This document shows positions 30,402 to 40,349 of a stretch of 64,000 nucleotides of DNA, piece by piece. Within the stretch, counting starts at the first letter, position 1. Every line of letters starts with the position of its first letter. The position numbers and the translations under genes were made by a program. The notes under the pieces were generated by a model. The model was given only the letters and a program-made list of their open reading frames with translations. It had not been told where the DNA came from and searched no databases. Source of the stretch: Novosphingobium sp. (GTDB taxonomy: Bacteria > Pseudomonadota > Alphaproteobacteria > Sphingomonadales > Sphingomonadaceae); contig NZ_JAIEPN010000035.1 in the NCBI RefSeq assembly GCF_019748365.1, positions 46,911 through 110,910 of the forward strand. Direction: 5' to 3'.

Positions 30402-33236
30402 TTAGAACTTGTAGCTGACGCTCACGTAGTATTCGCGGCCATAGCGCTGATAGTCGATCACCTGACGCGGATCGTCGTTCTGGAAAGTGATGAACGGGCG
30501 ATCGGTGAGGTTGCGCGCCTGGAACAGGATGGCCAGACCGTCGAGCTTCGTACCGGGCTGGAACTCATAACCGACCTGTGCATCGAGAATGCCCTCAGCC
30601 TTCGCAGTGCGGTAGGTCGGGTTGGCCGACAGACCCGCGACTTCCGCCAGGAACTTCGCACGATAGCGATACGAAGCGCGCAGCTGGACGCCATGCTTTT
30701 CATAGTAGAGCGAGGCGTTGCCAACCCAGTCCGACAAGCCCGGCAGCGTGATCGGGCCACTGTTATCGCCCAACCGGATCGTGCTGTCGGTGTACGAGCC
30801 GCTGCCGTAGAAGCCGAAGCCGTCAAGCGAGGGCGTGAGCAACGAGAAGGGCAGCGAGACCGTGATTTCAGCACCCTTCAGCGAGCCCCTGCCGTCGTTC
30901 AGCGGCTGCGAGACGACACCCTGCGTGGTGGCCAGCTGGTTGCGGATCTCCGGTGGCAGCGCAGCCGCGACGATGGCAAAGTCGAACGGCAGGTTCCGCT
31001 GCGGATTCACGAAGTCGGTCAAGCGCTTGTAGTAGCCCGCGACCGAAACGTACCCGCCCTTGGGGAAATAGTGCTCGATCGACAGGTCAACGTTGGCCGA
31101 GCGGTAGGGACGCAGCTCCGCGTTGCCACCCCGCGACTGGAAGAACGGCCGCAGCGGATCGTTCGCCGTGATGTTCTGGAAGTTGAAGGACAGTTCCTGG
31201 TTCACGCGCTCCTGATCAAGGCGCGGGCGGACCATGCTGAGCGACCCCGCCAGCTTGACGTAGGTGGCATCGGCCACCTCGAGCGCAAAGTTCGCGCTGG
31301 GCAGCACCCGCCAGAACTTGGCGCCGCCAACGGCCGGAACCACAAGCACATTTCCGGTAGCCGAGTCGAAGCGCGAGATCGAGCCCCGCGAGCTCTGGTC
31401 GGTATAGACGGCCTGAACACCGACCGACCCGGTCAGCTTCTTTCCGCCGACATCACCGTCCAGCTTAATCATGCCATAGGCGGTCCAGACCTTCTCGGTA
31501 ATGGTGTTGTCACGGACCAGCGATTCCGGACGGTTGTCGAAGACCGACGCCAGCGAATTGTTGACGAGATAGAGCGGGTTGAGCGCCAGCATCTGTGGCA
31601 CGCCGAGGTAAGCAAGCGGCACGGTACCGATGATGGCTTCCCGCGGGATCGGCGCGAACTGCGGGGTGCCGCTATCCACCGAACAGTTGCTGCCGGCGCC
31701 ATCGGGGCACAGGAAGAACGAGGTGAATGCCGAGACCTTCTTGCGGCGGCTGAAGTTGCCGCCGACCTGCCAACCGGCGATCGGACCAGCTCCTTCGATC
31801 GAACCATCGAGGTCGGCGCGCAGCGAGATGAGGTCGTCCTTGAACTTCGGACGGTTGAGGAAGCCCGCCTGCACGACGGCGCGGGTGCCGTTGTAGCCCC
31901 AGCCACGCGGGTCGGTCAGGCCGAACAGTGTGCTGTCTGCATAGTTCAAGGTCGGCACGATGCGGAACGTGCCGTTCGGGTTGGCCGAGACGTTGACCGT
32001 GTCACTTGCACCGCTCAGGCCGTAGCCGGTGCCGGTGTAGGTCTCGAGAAGATCGTCGGTGCGCTTGGCCAGGCTGTACGCCGCATCGAGGTTGAGATTT
32101 ATCTTGTCGCTGAGCTTGATCTGGTTGTTCCAGCCCACCGAGAAGTTGTCGGCATCGCGGAAGTTGCGGTCGTTGCGCTGGACGGCATGAACGCCCGAGA
32201 AAGTCGCGCTGGTCACAAGGCCGTTGCTGGCCTGGAGATTGGTCGCGACGGTGCCGCCGTCACCCCACGCCAGCGGGAACTCGATGCCGCGCAGGAGCTG
32301 GGTTTCCTTGAACTTCGAATAGAGCACATCGAGCGTCGAATGGAAGTTGTCGCTCGGTTGATATTCCAGCGTGACGATCGCGCCGTAACGCTCCAGCTTG
32401 TTCGACTGCACGTAGGGCTTGGCACCGCCGAGGATGAGATCGCTGTCGCTGGTCCGGACCGGGATCTGCGCGCCGGTCTGGTTCTGTCGCGGGAAGCCCC
32501 AGGCATTGTAGCGCTCGATCTGGGTCGGCGCGCTTGTTGCCGAAAGACCGATCGCGATGCCGAAGGTGTCGTTGGCAAACTTGTCCACGTATGCCGCAGT
32601 GGCGCGGTAGCCATAGCGGGTGCCGTCGGGGTTCAGCTTGTTCTGCCCGTTGAGCTGGCCGCGCAGCTGCAGTGCGACGATGCGGTCCTTCTGCGAGAGC
32701 GGACGAAGCATGCGCAGGTCGACCGTGCCGGCGATACCGGCGGCAACCAGTGACGGCGTCGGGGCCTTGTAGACAACGACGTTCTTGAAGAATTCGGCCG
32801 GATACTGGTCGTATTCGACGCCGCGGTTGTCACCGACGGTGACCTGCTCGCGGCCGTTCAGCAGGGTGGTGCCGAAGTCGGGACCAAGGCCGCGGATCGA
32901 GAGGCGCTGGTCGCGGCCTTCGAGGCGCTGCGAGGTGACGCCGGGCAGACGGGCCAGCGAGTCCGCGATCGACACGTCGGGCAGCTTGCCGATGTCTTCG
33001 GACGAAAGCGCCTCGACGATGGTCGGCGCGACGCGCTTGATCGAGGCCGCAGCGTTGAGCGAGCCGCGGTAGCCAGTGACGACCATCGGAGTCTCATCGA
33101 CCATCGCGTTGGCGTTGGCGTCGGCCTCAGGCGCCGGCGAGGCGGTCGTCTGCGCAAAAGCAGGCGCGGCAGCAAGAGCGGCAGCGGTCAGCGCGATGGC
33201 CGAACTGCCGAGCGTAAAAAGGGTGTGCTTAGCCAT
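30402..33236 (-). CDS. TonB-dependent receptor (MalA-like, maltodextrin locus)
   Basis: Signal peptide, VVTGYRGSL, EDIGKLPDVSIADSLARLPGV plug, C-terminal YKF. Confidence 0.92.
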   Translation of the reverse strand: MAKHTLFTLGSSAIALTAAALAAAPAFAQTTASPAPEADANANAMVDETPMVVTGYRGSLNAAASIKRVAPTIVEALSSEDIGKLPDVSIADSLARLPGVTSQRLEGRDQRLSIRGLGPDFGTTLLNGREQVTVGDNRGVEYDQYPAEFFKNVVVYKAPTPSLVAAGIAGTVDLRMLRPLSQKDRIVALQLRGQLNGQNKLNPDGTRYGYRATAAYVDKFANDTFGIAIGLSATSAPTQIERYNAWGFPRQNQTGAQIPVRTSDSDLILGGAKPYVQSNKLERYGAIVTLEYQPSDNFHSTLDVLYSKFKETQLLRGIEFPLAWGDGGTVATNLQASNGLVTSATFSGVHAVQRNDRNFRDADNFSVGWNNQIKLSDKINLNLDAAYSLAKRTDDLLETYTGTGYGLSGASDTVNVSANPNGTFRIVPTLNYADSTLFGLTDPRGWGYNGTRAVVQAGFLNRPKFKDDLISLRADLDGSIEGAGPIAGWQVGGNFSRRKKVSAFTSFFLCPDGAGSNCSVDSGTPQFAPIPREAIIGTVPLAYLGVPQMLALNPLYLVNNSLASVFDNRPESLVRDNTITEKVWTAYGMIKLDGDVGGKKLTGSVGVQAVYTDQSSRGSISRFDSATGNVLVVPAVGGAKFWRVLPSANFALEVADATYVKLAGSLSMVRPRLDQERVNQELSFNFQNITANDPLRPFFQSRGGNAELRPYRSANVDLSIEHYFPKGGYVSVAGYYKRLTDFVNPQRNLPFDFAIVAAALPPEIRNQLATTQGVVSQPLNDGRGSLKGAEITVSLPFSLLTPSLDGFGFYGSGSYTDSTIRLGDNSGPITLPGLSDWVGNASLYYEKHGVQLRASYRYRAKFLAEVAGLSANPTYRTAKAEGILDAQVGYEFQPGTKLDGLAILFQARNLTDRPFITFQNDDPRQVIDYQRYGREYYVSVSYKF

Positions 33237-33348
33237 GGAAATCAGATCTCCCCCATGCGGCCAGATCGTGGCCTCTACGTTGTCGGAACGCGATTTTTTC
33301 GCATTCAGTACGAGGTGTTGGGTAGAACCGGCCTGCTCGGACACGAAT

Positions 33349-33366
33349 ATGGCATACGTATACCAT
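33349..33366. promoter_or_regulatory. LacI-type operator in the divergent TBDR/lacI promoter
   Basis: Near-perfect CG-centred palindrome ATGGCATACGTATACCAT. Confidence 0.7.
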
Positions 33367-33544
33367 CGGGATTCCGCGGGGTTAGCGCACTCCATGAGGC
33401 CAAATCGCCACGCTTCAGACCTGCCGGACTCGCCGAAGGCACTGAGTCCTAGGGGGCAATTGCATCCATGCATTTCCATGCGTAAGCTACCAACCTGCCG
33501 ACCATGCGGGGAAAACCGCGGCGGCGTGGAGGAGGTTGCACGCG

Positions 33545-34579
33545 ATGGGCCGCAGGCCTTCCAACAAGCCGACCAGTTTCGACATCGCCTATCTGGCGGG
33601 GGTTTCGCAGCCGACGGTGAGCCGGGCGCTGCGCGGCAGCAAGTCGGTCAGCCTCGCCACGCGGCAGAAGATCGAGGCGATTGCTAGGCAGCTGGGCTAT
33701 ACGGTCGACAAGAACGCATCCTCGCTGCGCTCGCAGCGCTCGAACACGCTGGCGCTGCTGTTTTTTGAGGATCCGACCCCTGACGAATCCGGCATCAATC
33801 CCTTCTTTCTGGCAATGCTCGGCTCGATCACGCGGCACTGCGCGGCGCGAGGGCTTGATCTGCTCATTTCGTTCCAGCGGCTCGATGATGACTGGCACAA
33901 GCGGTATCAGGATAGCCACCGGGCCGATGGGCTGATCCTGCTCGGCTACGGCGATTACACGCTCTACGAAAGCCGGCTGCGCCAATTGGTGCGCAGCGGC
34001 GCGCATTTCGTGCGCTGGGGCGCGGTGGAGCCCGACACCATTGGCGCTACGGTCGGATCCGACAATTTCGGTGCGGGGCGGCTCGCGGGTGAGCATCTGC
34101 TGGCGCGCGGGCGGCGGAAAATCGCGTTTCTGGGGCAGGCGGACAGCCATTATCCCGAGTTCAAGAACCGCTATGAAGGCCTTTTGCGCGCGGTGGAAAC
34201 GGCGGGGCTGACGCATGATCCGGACCTTGTCGTACCGGCCATTTCCTCGGAGGAACTGGGCTACCAGGCCGCGCGCAAGCTGCTCGCCAGTGGCAAGCCG
34301 TTCGATGCAGTCTTTGCCGCCAGCGACCTGATCGCCATCGGCGCGATGCGCGCGCTGGCCGAGGCAGGGCTCAGCGTTCCCGGCGATGTCGCGGTGGTCG
34401 GTTTCGACGATATTCCGGCGGCGAGCCTCACGTCGCCCCCGCTCACCACCGTGATGCAGGACATGCGCCACGCCGGTGTGGCGCTGGTCGAGACGGTCAT
34501 GGCGCAAGTCGAGGACAAGCCGCCGCCCTCGCCCTTCCTGCCCACCCGCCTCGTCGTGCGCGGCAGCACCGGCGGATAA
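33545..34579 (+). CDS. LacI family regulator (MalR/MalI-like)
   Basis: TSFDIAYLAGVSQPTVSRAL HTH, VVGFDD, PPLTTV. Confidence 0.93.
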   Translation: MGRRPSNKPTSFDIAYLAGVSQPTVSRALRGSKSVSLATRQKIEAIARQLGYTVDKNASSLRSQRSNTLALLFFEDPTPDESGINPFFLAMLGSITRHCAARGLDLLISFQRLDDDWHKRYQDSHRADGLILLGYGDYTLYESRLRQLVRSGAHFVRWGAVEPDTIGATVGSDNFGAGRLAGEHLLARGRRKIAFLGQADSHYPEFKNRYEGLLRAVETAGLTHDPDLVVPAISSEELGYQAARKLLASGKPFDAVFAASDLIAIGAMRALAEAGLSVPGDVAVVGFDDIPAASLTSPPLTTVMQDMRHAGVALVETVMAQVEDKPPPSPFLPTRLVVRGSTGG

Positions 34580-34587
34580 TCCTGCGC

Positions 34588-34626
34588 TGCATATCAATGC
34601 AGGCATATGGATGACATTCGTATGCA
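34588..34626. promoter_or_regulatory. Putative LacI operator(s) upstream of the MFS transporter
   Basis: ACATTCGTATGCA at 34614-34626 and TGCATATCAATGCA at 34588-34601. Confidence 0.55.
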
Positions 34627-34720
34627 TTGCTGCCCAGAGGGTCATGCTCGCCTAGGGACAAGGCAGAGATAACAAAGCAGATGCCCCGGTAATCCGGGCG
34701 CATCGGGGGAGCCGAACCGC

Positions 34721-36193
34721 GTGACCACTCGCCAGAAACCGCAACAGACCTTCTGGGGGCTGTGGAACGTGAGCTTCGGCTTCTTCGGCATACAGCTCGC
34801 CTTCGGGCTGCAGAACGCCAACATCAGCCGCATTTTCCAGTCGCTCGGCAGCAGCGTCGACGAACTTGCCTTCCTGTGGATCGCCGGACCGGTGACGGGG
34901 CTGATCGTGCAGCCGCTGATCGGGCATTATTCGGACCGCACCTGGGGCCGGTTCGGGCGGCGGCGGCCCTACTTCGTGGCGGGCGCGGTGCTTTCGGCAC
35001 TGGCACTACTGGGCCTGCCGCAGGCGGGCGTGCTGCTGCTGGCCGCCGCATTCCTGTGGCTGCTCGATGCCTCGCTCAATATCGCGATGGAGCCGTTCCG
35101 CGCCTTCGTGGGCGACATGACGCCCGATGACCAGCGCGCGCAAGGTTTTGCGCTGCAGACCTGGTTCATCGGCGCGGGCGCGGTGATCGGCAGCCTGCTG
35201 CCGGCGGTTTTCACGCACTTCGGCATTGCGAACACGGCGCCTGAAGGCGTCATCCCCGATTCCGTGCGGCTCAGCTTCATCATCGGCGCTGCCGCGATGG
35301 TGCTGGCGGTGGCGTGGACCGCCTTCAGCGTGCGCGAATACAGTCCCGAGGAAATGGCAGCGTTCAACGGCGAACATGTCCACACTGCGCAGCCTGGGCA
35401 GGCGCTGGTCTATTCGCCGCGCGGGCCGATGTGGCTGCTGATCGGCGCGGGTCTGCTTACGATTGTGCGCGAGCTGGATCTCGACAAGCAGCTCTATGTG
35501 CTTGGCGGCGGGCTGGTCGCCTTCGGCACGGCGCAGATCGTGCTGCGCGCGACAAAAGCCAAGGGCGCGCTGGCGGAGATCATGAGCGACCTTGCACAGA
35601 TGCCTGCGCAGATGCGGCAACTGGCGGTGGCGCAGTTCTTCACCTGGACCGGACTGTTCATCCTGTGGATCTACGCGACCCCGGTCGTCACCAAGTACGC
35701 CTTCGGAGCGAACGACACCACCGGCGCGGCCTATAATGCGGGCGCGGACTGGGTCGGCGTGATGTTCGCGTTCTACAATGGTGTCGCAGCGCTCGCCGCG
35801 TTCCTTCTCCCCGTGCTGGCAAAGCGCATCGGCAATGCGCGCACGCATGCGCTGTGCCTGCTTGGCGGCGGCGGCGGCCTCCTGATGCTGCTTGTGCTGC
35901 GCGACCCGTGGCTGCTGCTGCTGCCGATGGTCCTTGTCGGCGTGGCCTGGGCCTCGATCCTCGCGATGCCCTACGTGATCCTGACCCGCGTGCTGCCGCC
36001 ACACAAGTTCGGCATCTACATCGGCGTGTTCAACATCTTCATTGTCGTGCCGCAGCTGATGGTCGCGACGATCATGGGCGGGGTGATCCGCAGCTTCTTC
36101 CCGACCGAGCCCAAGTGGACGATGCTGGTGGGCGCCGTTGTCATGGCCGCCGCCGCGCTCGCCATGCTGCGCGTGCGCGAAGAGCAGGCCTAA
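34721..36193 (+). CDS. MFS sugar transporter (MalY/sucrose-maltose GPH-like)
   Basis: NVSFGFFGIQ, VQPLIGHYSDRT, GRRRPY, MEPFRAFVGD, FNIFIVVPQ. Confidence 0.88.
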   Translation: MTTRQKPQQTFWGLWNVSFGFFGIQLAFGLQNANISRIFQSLGSSVDELAFLWIAGPVTGLIVQPLIGHYSDRTWGRFGRRRPYFVAGAVLSALALLGLPQAGVLLLAAAFLWLLDASLNIAMEPFRAFVGDMTPDDQRAQGFALQTWFIGAGAVIGSLLPAVFTHFGIANTAPEGVIPDSVRLSFIIGAAAMVLAVAWTAFSVREYSPEEMAAFNGEHVHTAQPGQALVYSPRGPMWLLIGAGLLTIVRELDLDKQLYVLGGGLVAFGTAQIVLRATKAKGALAEIMSDLAQMPAQMRQLAVAQFFTWTGLFILWIYATPVVTKYAFGANDTTGAAYNAGADWVGVMFAFYNGVAALAAFLLPVLAKRIGNARTHALCLLGGGGGLLMLLVLRDPWLLLLPMVLVGVAWASILAMPYVILTRVLPPHKFGIYIGVFNIFIVVPQLMVATIMGGVIRSFFPTEPKWTMLVGAVVMAAAALAMLRVREEQA

Positions 36194-37026
36194 TACTGGA
36201 AGGCCGCCTCGGGCACGGCGTCCATCAAGGCATCATTGCGCTCGCGCATCTTCTCGCGGAATTCGCCGTGGGTGACTATGTAGAGCCGGTTTGCGAGAAT
36301 GCCTTCGGTGACAATCTCACCCACCGTTTCGGGATCCATCCAGTCGTTGCCCGGCGGGCGCTCCAGCAATGTCGCCTCGCTCTGCCGGAAACCGCTGCCT
36401 TCGCGCAAATGGGCGGGGCGGTTTAGCGCGGCTTCGTGGATGTTGGAGCGCACGAAGGCGGGGCACAGAACGGACATGCCGATGCCATTCCCCGCCAGTT
36501 CCTCGCGCATGTTTTCCGACAAGTTCAGCACCGCGGCCTTGCCCGCCGCATAGATCGCGAAATTGGCCGGCATCCGCACGGCTGCGGCCAGCGAGGAGAC
36601 GTTGACGACATGCCCGCCGCGCCCGTGCGCGATCATGCGCGGGAGGAAGCTCTGGAGGCCGTTGATCACGCCGCCGAGATTGACGCCGAGCCCGTAATCC
36701 CAATCGGAATAGCCTGCCTCGAGCACCGGTCCTTCGACACCGACGCCGGCGTTGTTGACGAGAATGTCGATCCCGCCGAGTTCGATATCCATGCGCTCCG
36801 CGACGGCGGCGAACGCGGCGCGGTCGGTCACGTCGAGCGTGAGGGCGGCGACGCTGCTGGCAAAACCGGCCTCGCGGATTTCCACGAGCGCGCGGTCGAT
36901 GTGGTCGGGCCTCAGGTCGGCGATGACGACAAAGGCGCCGCGTTTCGCCAGCGCCTTGACGATGCCGAGCCCGATGCCGCTGGCGCCGCCGGTGACGAAG
37001 ACCCGCTTCTCGTGGAAACTGCGCAT
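36190..37026 (-). CDS. SDR oxidoreductase, LigD/LigL/LigO-like C-alpha dehydrogenase family
   Basis: TGGASGIG, NNAG, VNLGGVINGLQSFLPRMIAHGRGGHVVNVSS, YAAGK, VRSNIHEAALNRP, resembling LigD as recalled. Confidence 0.75.
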   Translation of the reverse strand: MRSFHEKRVFVTGGASGIGLGIVKALAKRGAFVVIADLRPDHIDRALVEIREAGFASSVAALTLDVTDRAAFAAVAERMDIELGGIDILVNNAGVGVEGPVLEAGYSDWDYGLGVNLGGVINGLQSFLPRMIAHGRGGHVVNVSSLAAAVRMPANFAIYAAGKAAVLNLSENMREELAGNGIGMSVLCPAFVRSNIHEAALNRPAHLREGSGFRQSEATLLERPPGNDWMDPETVGEIVTEGILANRLYIVTHGEFREKMRERNDALMDAVPEAAFQY

Positions 37027-37036
37027 GGCCCTCCCC

Positions 37037-37672
37037 TCAGCCCTGCCAGACCCAGTAGCGCGGCCCGAAGCGGGCTTCGAGTTCGGTGAGCTTGGCCTTG
37101 TGGATGGCCTGAATGGCGGCCGGCGTCGTCGCCTCATCCGCCGGAACTTCCTCAATCCGCACGCTGGTCGGATCCTCGTAGAGATGTTCGCCGGCAAGGC
37201 GGGCCTTGTCGTCATAGGGCCAGACAAAGGCCTGACGGCTCGAGACGTGGTAGAGCGCATCGGCCTTGGGCGCGTCATAGCCCATGGCGGCAAGGTCTGC
37301 GCCCTTGGCGAGCTGGTGGAAGGTGATCTCGTCGCAGATCCCCCAGTCGTTCACTGCGAGGCGGTCGTCGGAGTGCCAGAGCACGGCCTGCCCGACGCTG
37401 TTGTAGAAGCCTTTCACGCCTTCCTTGCCCTCGATCACCGCAGGGTTGGCGCCCCATGTGACCCGGTAGACCGGATGATCGACCATCATGTCGCTGGCGG
37501 TGATATCGTCATAGAGACCCGCGCCTTCGAGGTGCACGTGGCGCCAGAAGTTGAGCAGGATCGCCTTGTGCAGCGGGTTCGTCGTGGCGCCATACAGCGC
37601 CTCGGTGGGGTTCATGCATTCGAATACCGCGCGTTCGATGGCGTTGCTCGGCAGGGTCGTCGCGATGTTCAT
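37037..37672 (-). CDS. SnoaL/NTF2-like protein, possibly LdpA-related
   Basis: NPLHKAILLNFWRHVHLEGAGLYDDITASDMMVDHPVY and LAGEHLYED; family from memory. Confidence 0.6.
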   Translation of the reverse strand: MNIATTLPSNAIERAVFECMNPTEALYGATTNPLHKAILLNFWRHVHLEGAGLYDDITASDMMVDHPVYRVTWGANPAVIEGKEGVKGFYNSVGQAVLWHSDDRLAVNDWGICDEITFHQLAKGADLAAMGYDAPKADALYHVSSRQAFVWPYDDKARLAGEHLYEDPTSVRIEEVPADEATTPAAIQAIHKAKLTELEARFGPRYWVWQG

Positions 37673-37695
37673 CGGCCTCTCCTTTTGTCTCTTGC

Positions 37696-38703
37696 TCAGG
37701 TGCCCGGCGCGATCAGCACCTTGCACTGCTCGGTGCGGCGGCGGAGCGCTTCGAACACGGTGGGTGTGCTGCCAAGCGGGATGGTTTCGGTGACGAGGAG
37801 GCGCGGTTCGGCTGCACCCCGGTCCAGCGCATCGAGTGCGGCCTGGTACTCGTGCGTGGTGAAGAAAGCCGAGGTGACGAGGCGCACTTCCTTCGAGAGC
37901 ATGGCGAAGCTGTTGAAGGTATCGGGCATGGTGCACAGGCCCAGCAGCACAATAGTGCCGCGTGCGCGGACCTGCTCGACGCCTTGTGCAATGAGGCCGG
38001 GGACACCCACGCATTCGAATACAATGTCGGCTTTTCCGCCCAAGGCGCGTTCGGAGGCGCCGACGGGATCGGTGCGGTCCGCAATGAAATCATGCGCGCC
38101 CATAGCAAGCGCGCGGTCCTGCTGCCAGGTGGCGACATCCTGCACGACAACGCGCCCTGCCCCCATGCGGCGGGCCCAGAAGGCGGTGGCAAGGCCGATC
38201 GGCCCCGCGCCGAGGATCAGCACCTTGTCGCCGATGCGCATGCCGGCCATCGCCACACCGTGGAGCGCGACCGCGAGCGGTTCGATGATCGCGCCATCGG
38301 CGAGGCTGGCGGATTTCGGCAGCTTCACGCATTGGTTCGGATGCGTGAGCGCATATTCGGCATAGCCGCCGCCTTGCAGCCCGAACTTGTCGCACCACGA
38401 GACATTGCCGGCGAGGCAGGCCGGGCAGGCGCCGCAGCTCTTGAGCGGGCTGACAGCGACGAGATCGCCCTTGGCGAGGCCCTCGACGCCCTTGCCAAGC
38501 TCGATGACTTCGCCCGCAAACTCGTGCCCCAGGATCGAGCCCGCGCCCTGGCCGTAAGCCGGGTCCTCGGTCATGTGGAGGTCCGAGCCGCAAATGCCGC
38601 AGCGGCCGACCTGTATCACCACTTCGCCCGCGCCGGGCACCGGGTCAGGCACGGTTTCAACCGCGAGCGGCTTGTGCAGGCCCTGCATGACGGCGGCGCG
38701 CAT
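37696..38703 (-). CDS. Zn-dependent medium-chain alcohol dehydrogenase
   Basis: CGICGSDLH, GHEFAG, CxxCxxC...C structural Zn site, GAGPIG. Confidence 0.9.
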   Translation of the reverse strand: MRAAVMQGLHKPLAVETVPDPVPGAGEVVIQVGRCGICGSDLHMTEDPAYGQGAGSILGHEFAGEVIELGKGVEGLAKGDLVAVSPLKSCGACPACLAGNVSWCDKFGLQGGGYAEYALTHPNQCVKLPKSASLADGAIIEPLAVALHGVAMAGMRIGDKVLILGAGPIGLATAFWARRMGAGRVVVQDVATWQQDRALAMGAHDFIADRTDPVGASERALGGKADIVFECVGVPGLIAQGVEQVRARGTIVLLGLCTMPDTFNSFAMLSKEVRLVTSAFFTTHEYQAALDALDRGAAEPRLLVTETIPLGSTPTVFEALRRRTEQCKVLIAPGT

Positions 38704-38715
38704 GGACTTTGCTCC

Positions 38716-39465
38716 TCAGTGCGCTGTCTGGCCGCCATCGATGGCGATGGTGGCGCCATTGATGAAGCTGGCCGCTTCGGAGCAGAGGTGCAGCACGGTG
38801 CCCGCAATCTCTTCGGGCTGCGCAGCGCGGCCGCTGACATTGCCGGCGAAGAAGGCGGCACGGAAATTCGGATCGTCCGCCCAGTGCTGCGTCATGGGCG
38901 TGACCACGAAGCCCGGTGCGATGGCATTCACGCGGATGTTTTGCTGCGCATACTCGACTGCCGCCGCCTTGGTGAGGCCGGAAACGGCGTGCTTCATCGC
39001 GCAGTAGACGCTCATGTTGGGGTCCGCGATCAGCGCACCGACGGACGCGGTGTTGACGATAGCCCCGCCGCCTACTTTGAGGAAATGGCGGATTTCCGCC
39101 TGCATCGCGAAGAACACGCCCTTGAAGTCGACGTCGATCGCGAGGTTCATTTCCTCGGGCGTCACTTCATGGATGGGGCGCTGCGGCGGAAGGACGCCGG
39201 CGTTGTTGAAGGCGGCGTCCATCCGGCCGTAGCGCTGGATGCAGGCTGCGACGAGCGCGTCCATTGCCGCGGCATCGGTGACGTTGGCGTGCTGGAAGGA
39301 AGCCTCCCCGCCAGCCTGCTTGATGATCGCGACTGTTTCTTCGGCGCGTGGGTCAATATCGCCGATGATCACTTTCGCGCCCGCCCCAGCAAACGCCACA
39401 CAGGCTGCGCGGCCGATGCCGGTGGCGCCGCCGGTGACGAGGACGGCCTTATCCGCAAAAGTCAT
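38716..39465 (-). CDS. SDR oxidoreductase
   Basis: TGGATGIG, NNAG, NTASVG, YCAMKH, RVNAIAPG; ATGA overlap. Confidence 0.9.
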   Translation of the reverse strand: MTFADKAVLVTGGATGIGRAACVAFAGAGAKVIIGDIDPRAEETVAIIKQAGGEASFQHANVTDAAAMDALVAACIQRYGRMDAAFNNAGVLPPQRPIHEVTPEEMNLAIDVDFKGVFFAMQAEIRHFLKVGGGAIVNTASVGALIADPNMSVYCAMKHAVSGLTKAAAVEYAQQNIRVNAIAPGFVVTPMTQHWADDPNFRAAFFAGNVSGRAAQPEEIAGTVLHLCSEAASFINGATIAIDGGQTAH

Positions 39466-40349
39466 TCGGTCCATGCGGCCTGCTCCCCCTTGGCGACGCG
39501 CGAGGAATTGCCGAGGAGGAAATCGCCGAGCACGTCGACCGCGTCCGGAAAGGCCTTCTTCACCTTGTCGCTGAGCTCGGCACTGTTCTTCGAGGCGGCC
39601 ACCAGCTTGGGCCACTCGGCAATGTAGCGCCGGGTGAATTCGAGGCCGGAGGCATCGTCGGGCAGGCCCGGCTTGTTGTGCCCCGCAACGACGATCTCGG
39701 GCTTCAGCGCGATAAAGCCGTCATTCGCCTTGCCCCACGCGGCGATGGCCGCAGCATCGTGCTCGCCCATCCACAGGAACATCTGGTTGTAGACGAGATC
39801 GCCGGGGAAGAGCGCCTTGATCGAGGGTGCCCAGAGCGCGGTGGCATGGACATGGTCGCCCTGCACCGGGCCGAGGACCTTGAGCTCCTTGCCCTCGAGC
39901 ATGATCGTGTCGCCTTCCATCGCGGCGGGCGCGGTGGGATGGCGTGGCGAATTGACGCCGAGCACCGGATACCAGCGCTTCACCTTGAACGGGAGCGAGC
40001 GCCAGATGTCGGCAGCGACCACCGGGTGCGCGACGATTTTCGCATCGGGAAACGCATCCTGCAGCACTTCCATCGCGAAGAAATGATCGGGATGATCGTG
40101 CGTCACGAAGATGGTCGTGAGGCGCTTGCCGCTATCGAGCACCATGGCGACGACGCGGTGAGCATCGGCGCGGGTGAACGGCGCGTCGACAAGGACCGCG
40201 TCCTTCTCGCCCTTGATCAGCGCGATATTGGCGAACAGCGAGCCGCCGCTGGTGCGCAAGGTTTCGACGGTGAGTGGCTTTTCCTGCGCGTGGGCGGTGG
40301 TGGCGAGAAGCGCGGCGGCAAGCGCCAGAAGGGTTTTCCTGATCATCAT
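39462..40349 (-). CDS. Secreted metallo-beta-lactamase-fold hydrolase
   Basis: Sec signal (ATTAHA|Q), VLVDA, THDHPDH, H, PGDL, GH metal motifs. Confidence 0.85.
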   Translation of the reverse strand: MMIRKTLLALAAALLATTAHAQEKPLTVETLRTSGGSLFANIALIKGEKDAVLVDAPFTRADAHRVVAMVLDSGKRLTTIFVTHDHPDHFFAMEVLQDAFPDAKIVAHPVVAADIWRSLPFKVKRWYPVLGVNSPRHPTAPAAMEGDTIMLEGKELKVLGPVQGDHVHATALWAPSIKALFPGDLVYNQMFLWMGEHDAAAIAAWGKANDGFIALKPEIVVAGHNKPGLPDDASGLEFTRRYIAEWPKLVAASKNSAELSDKVKKAFPDAVDVLGDFLLGNSSRVAKGEQAAWTE

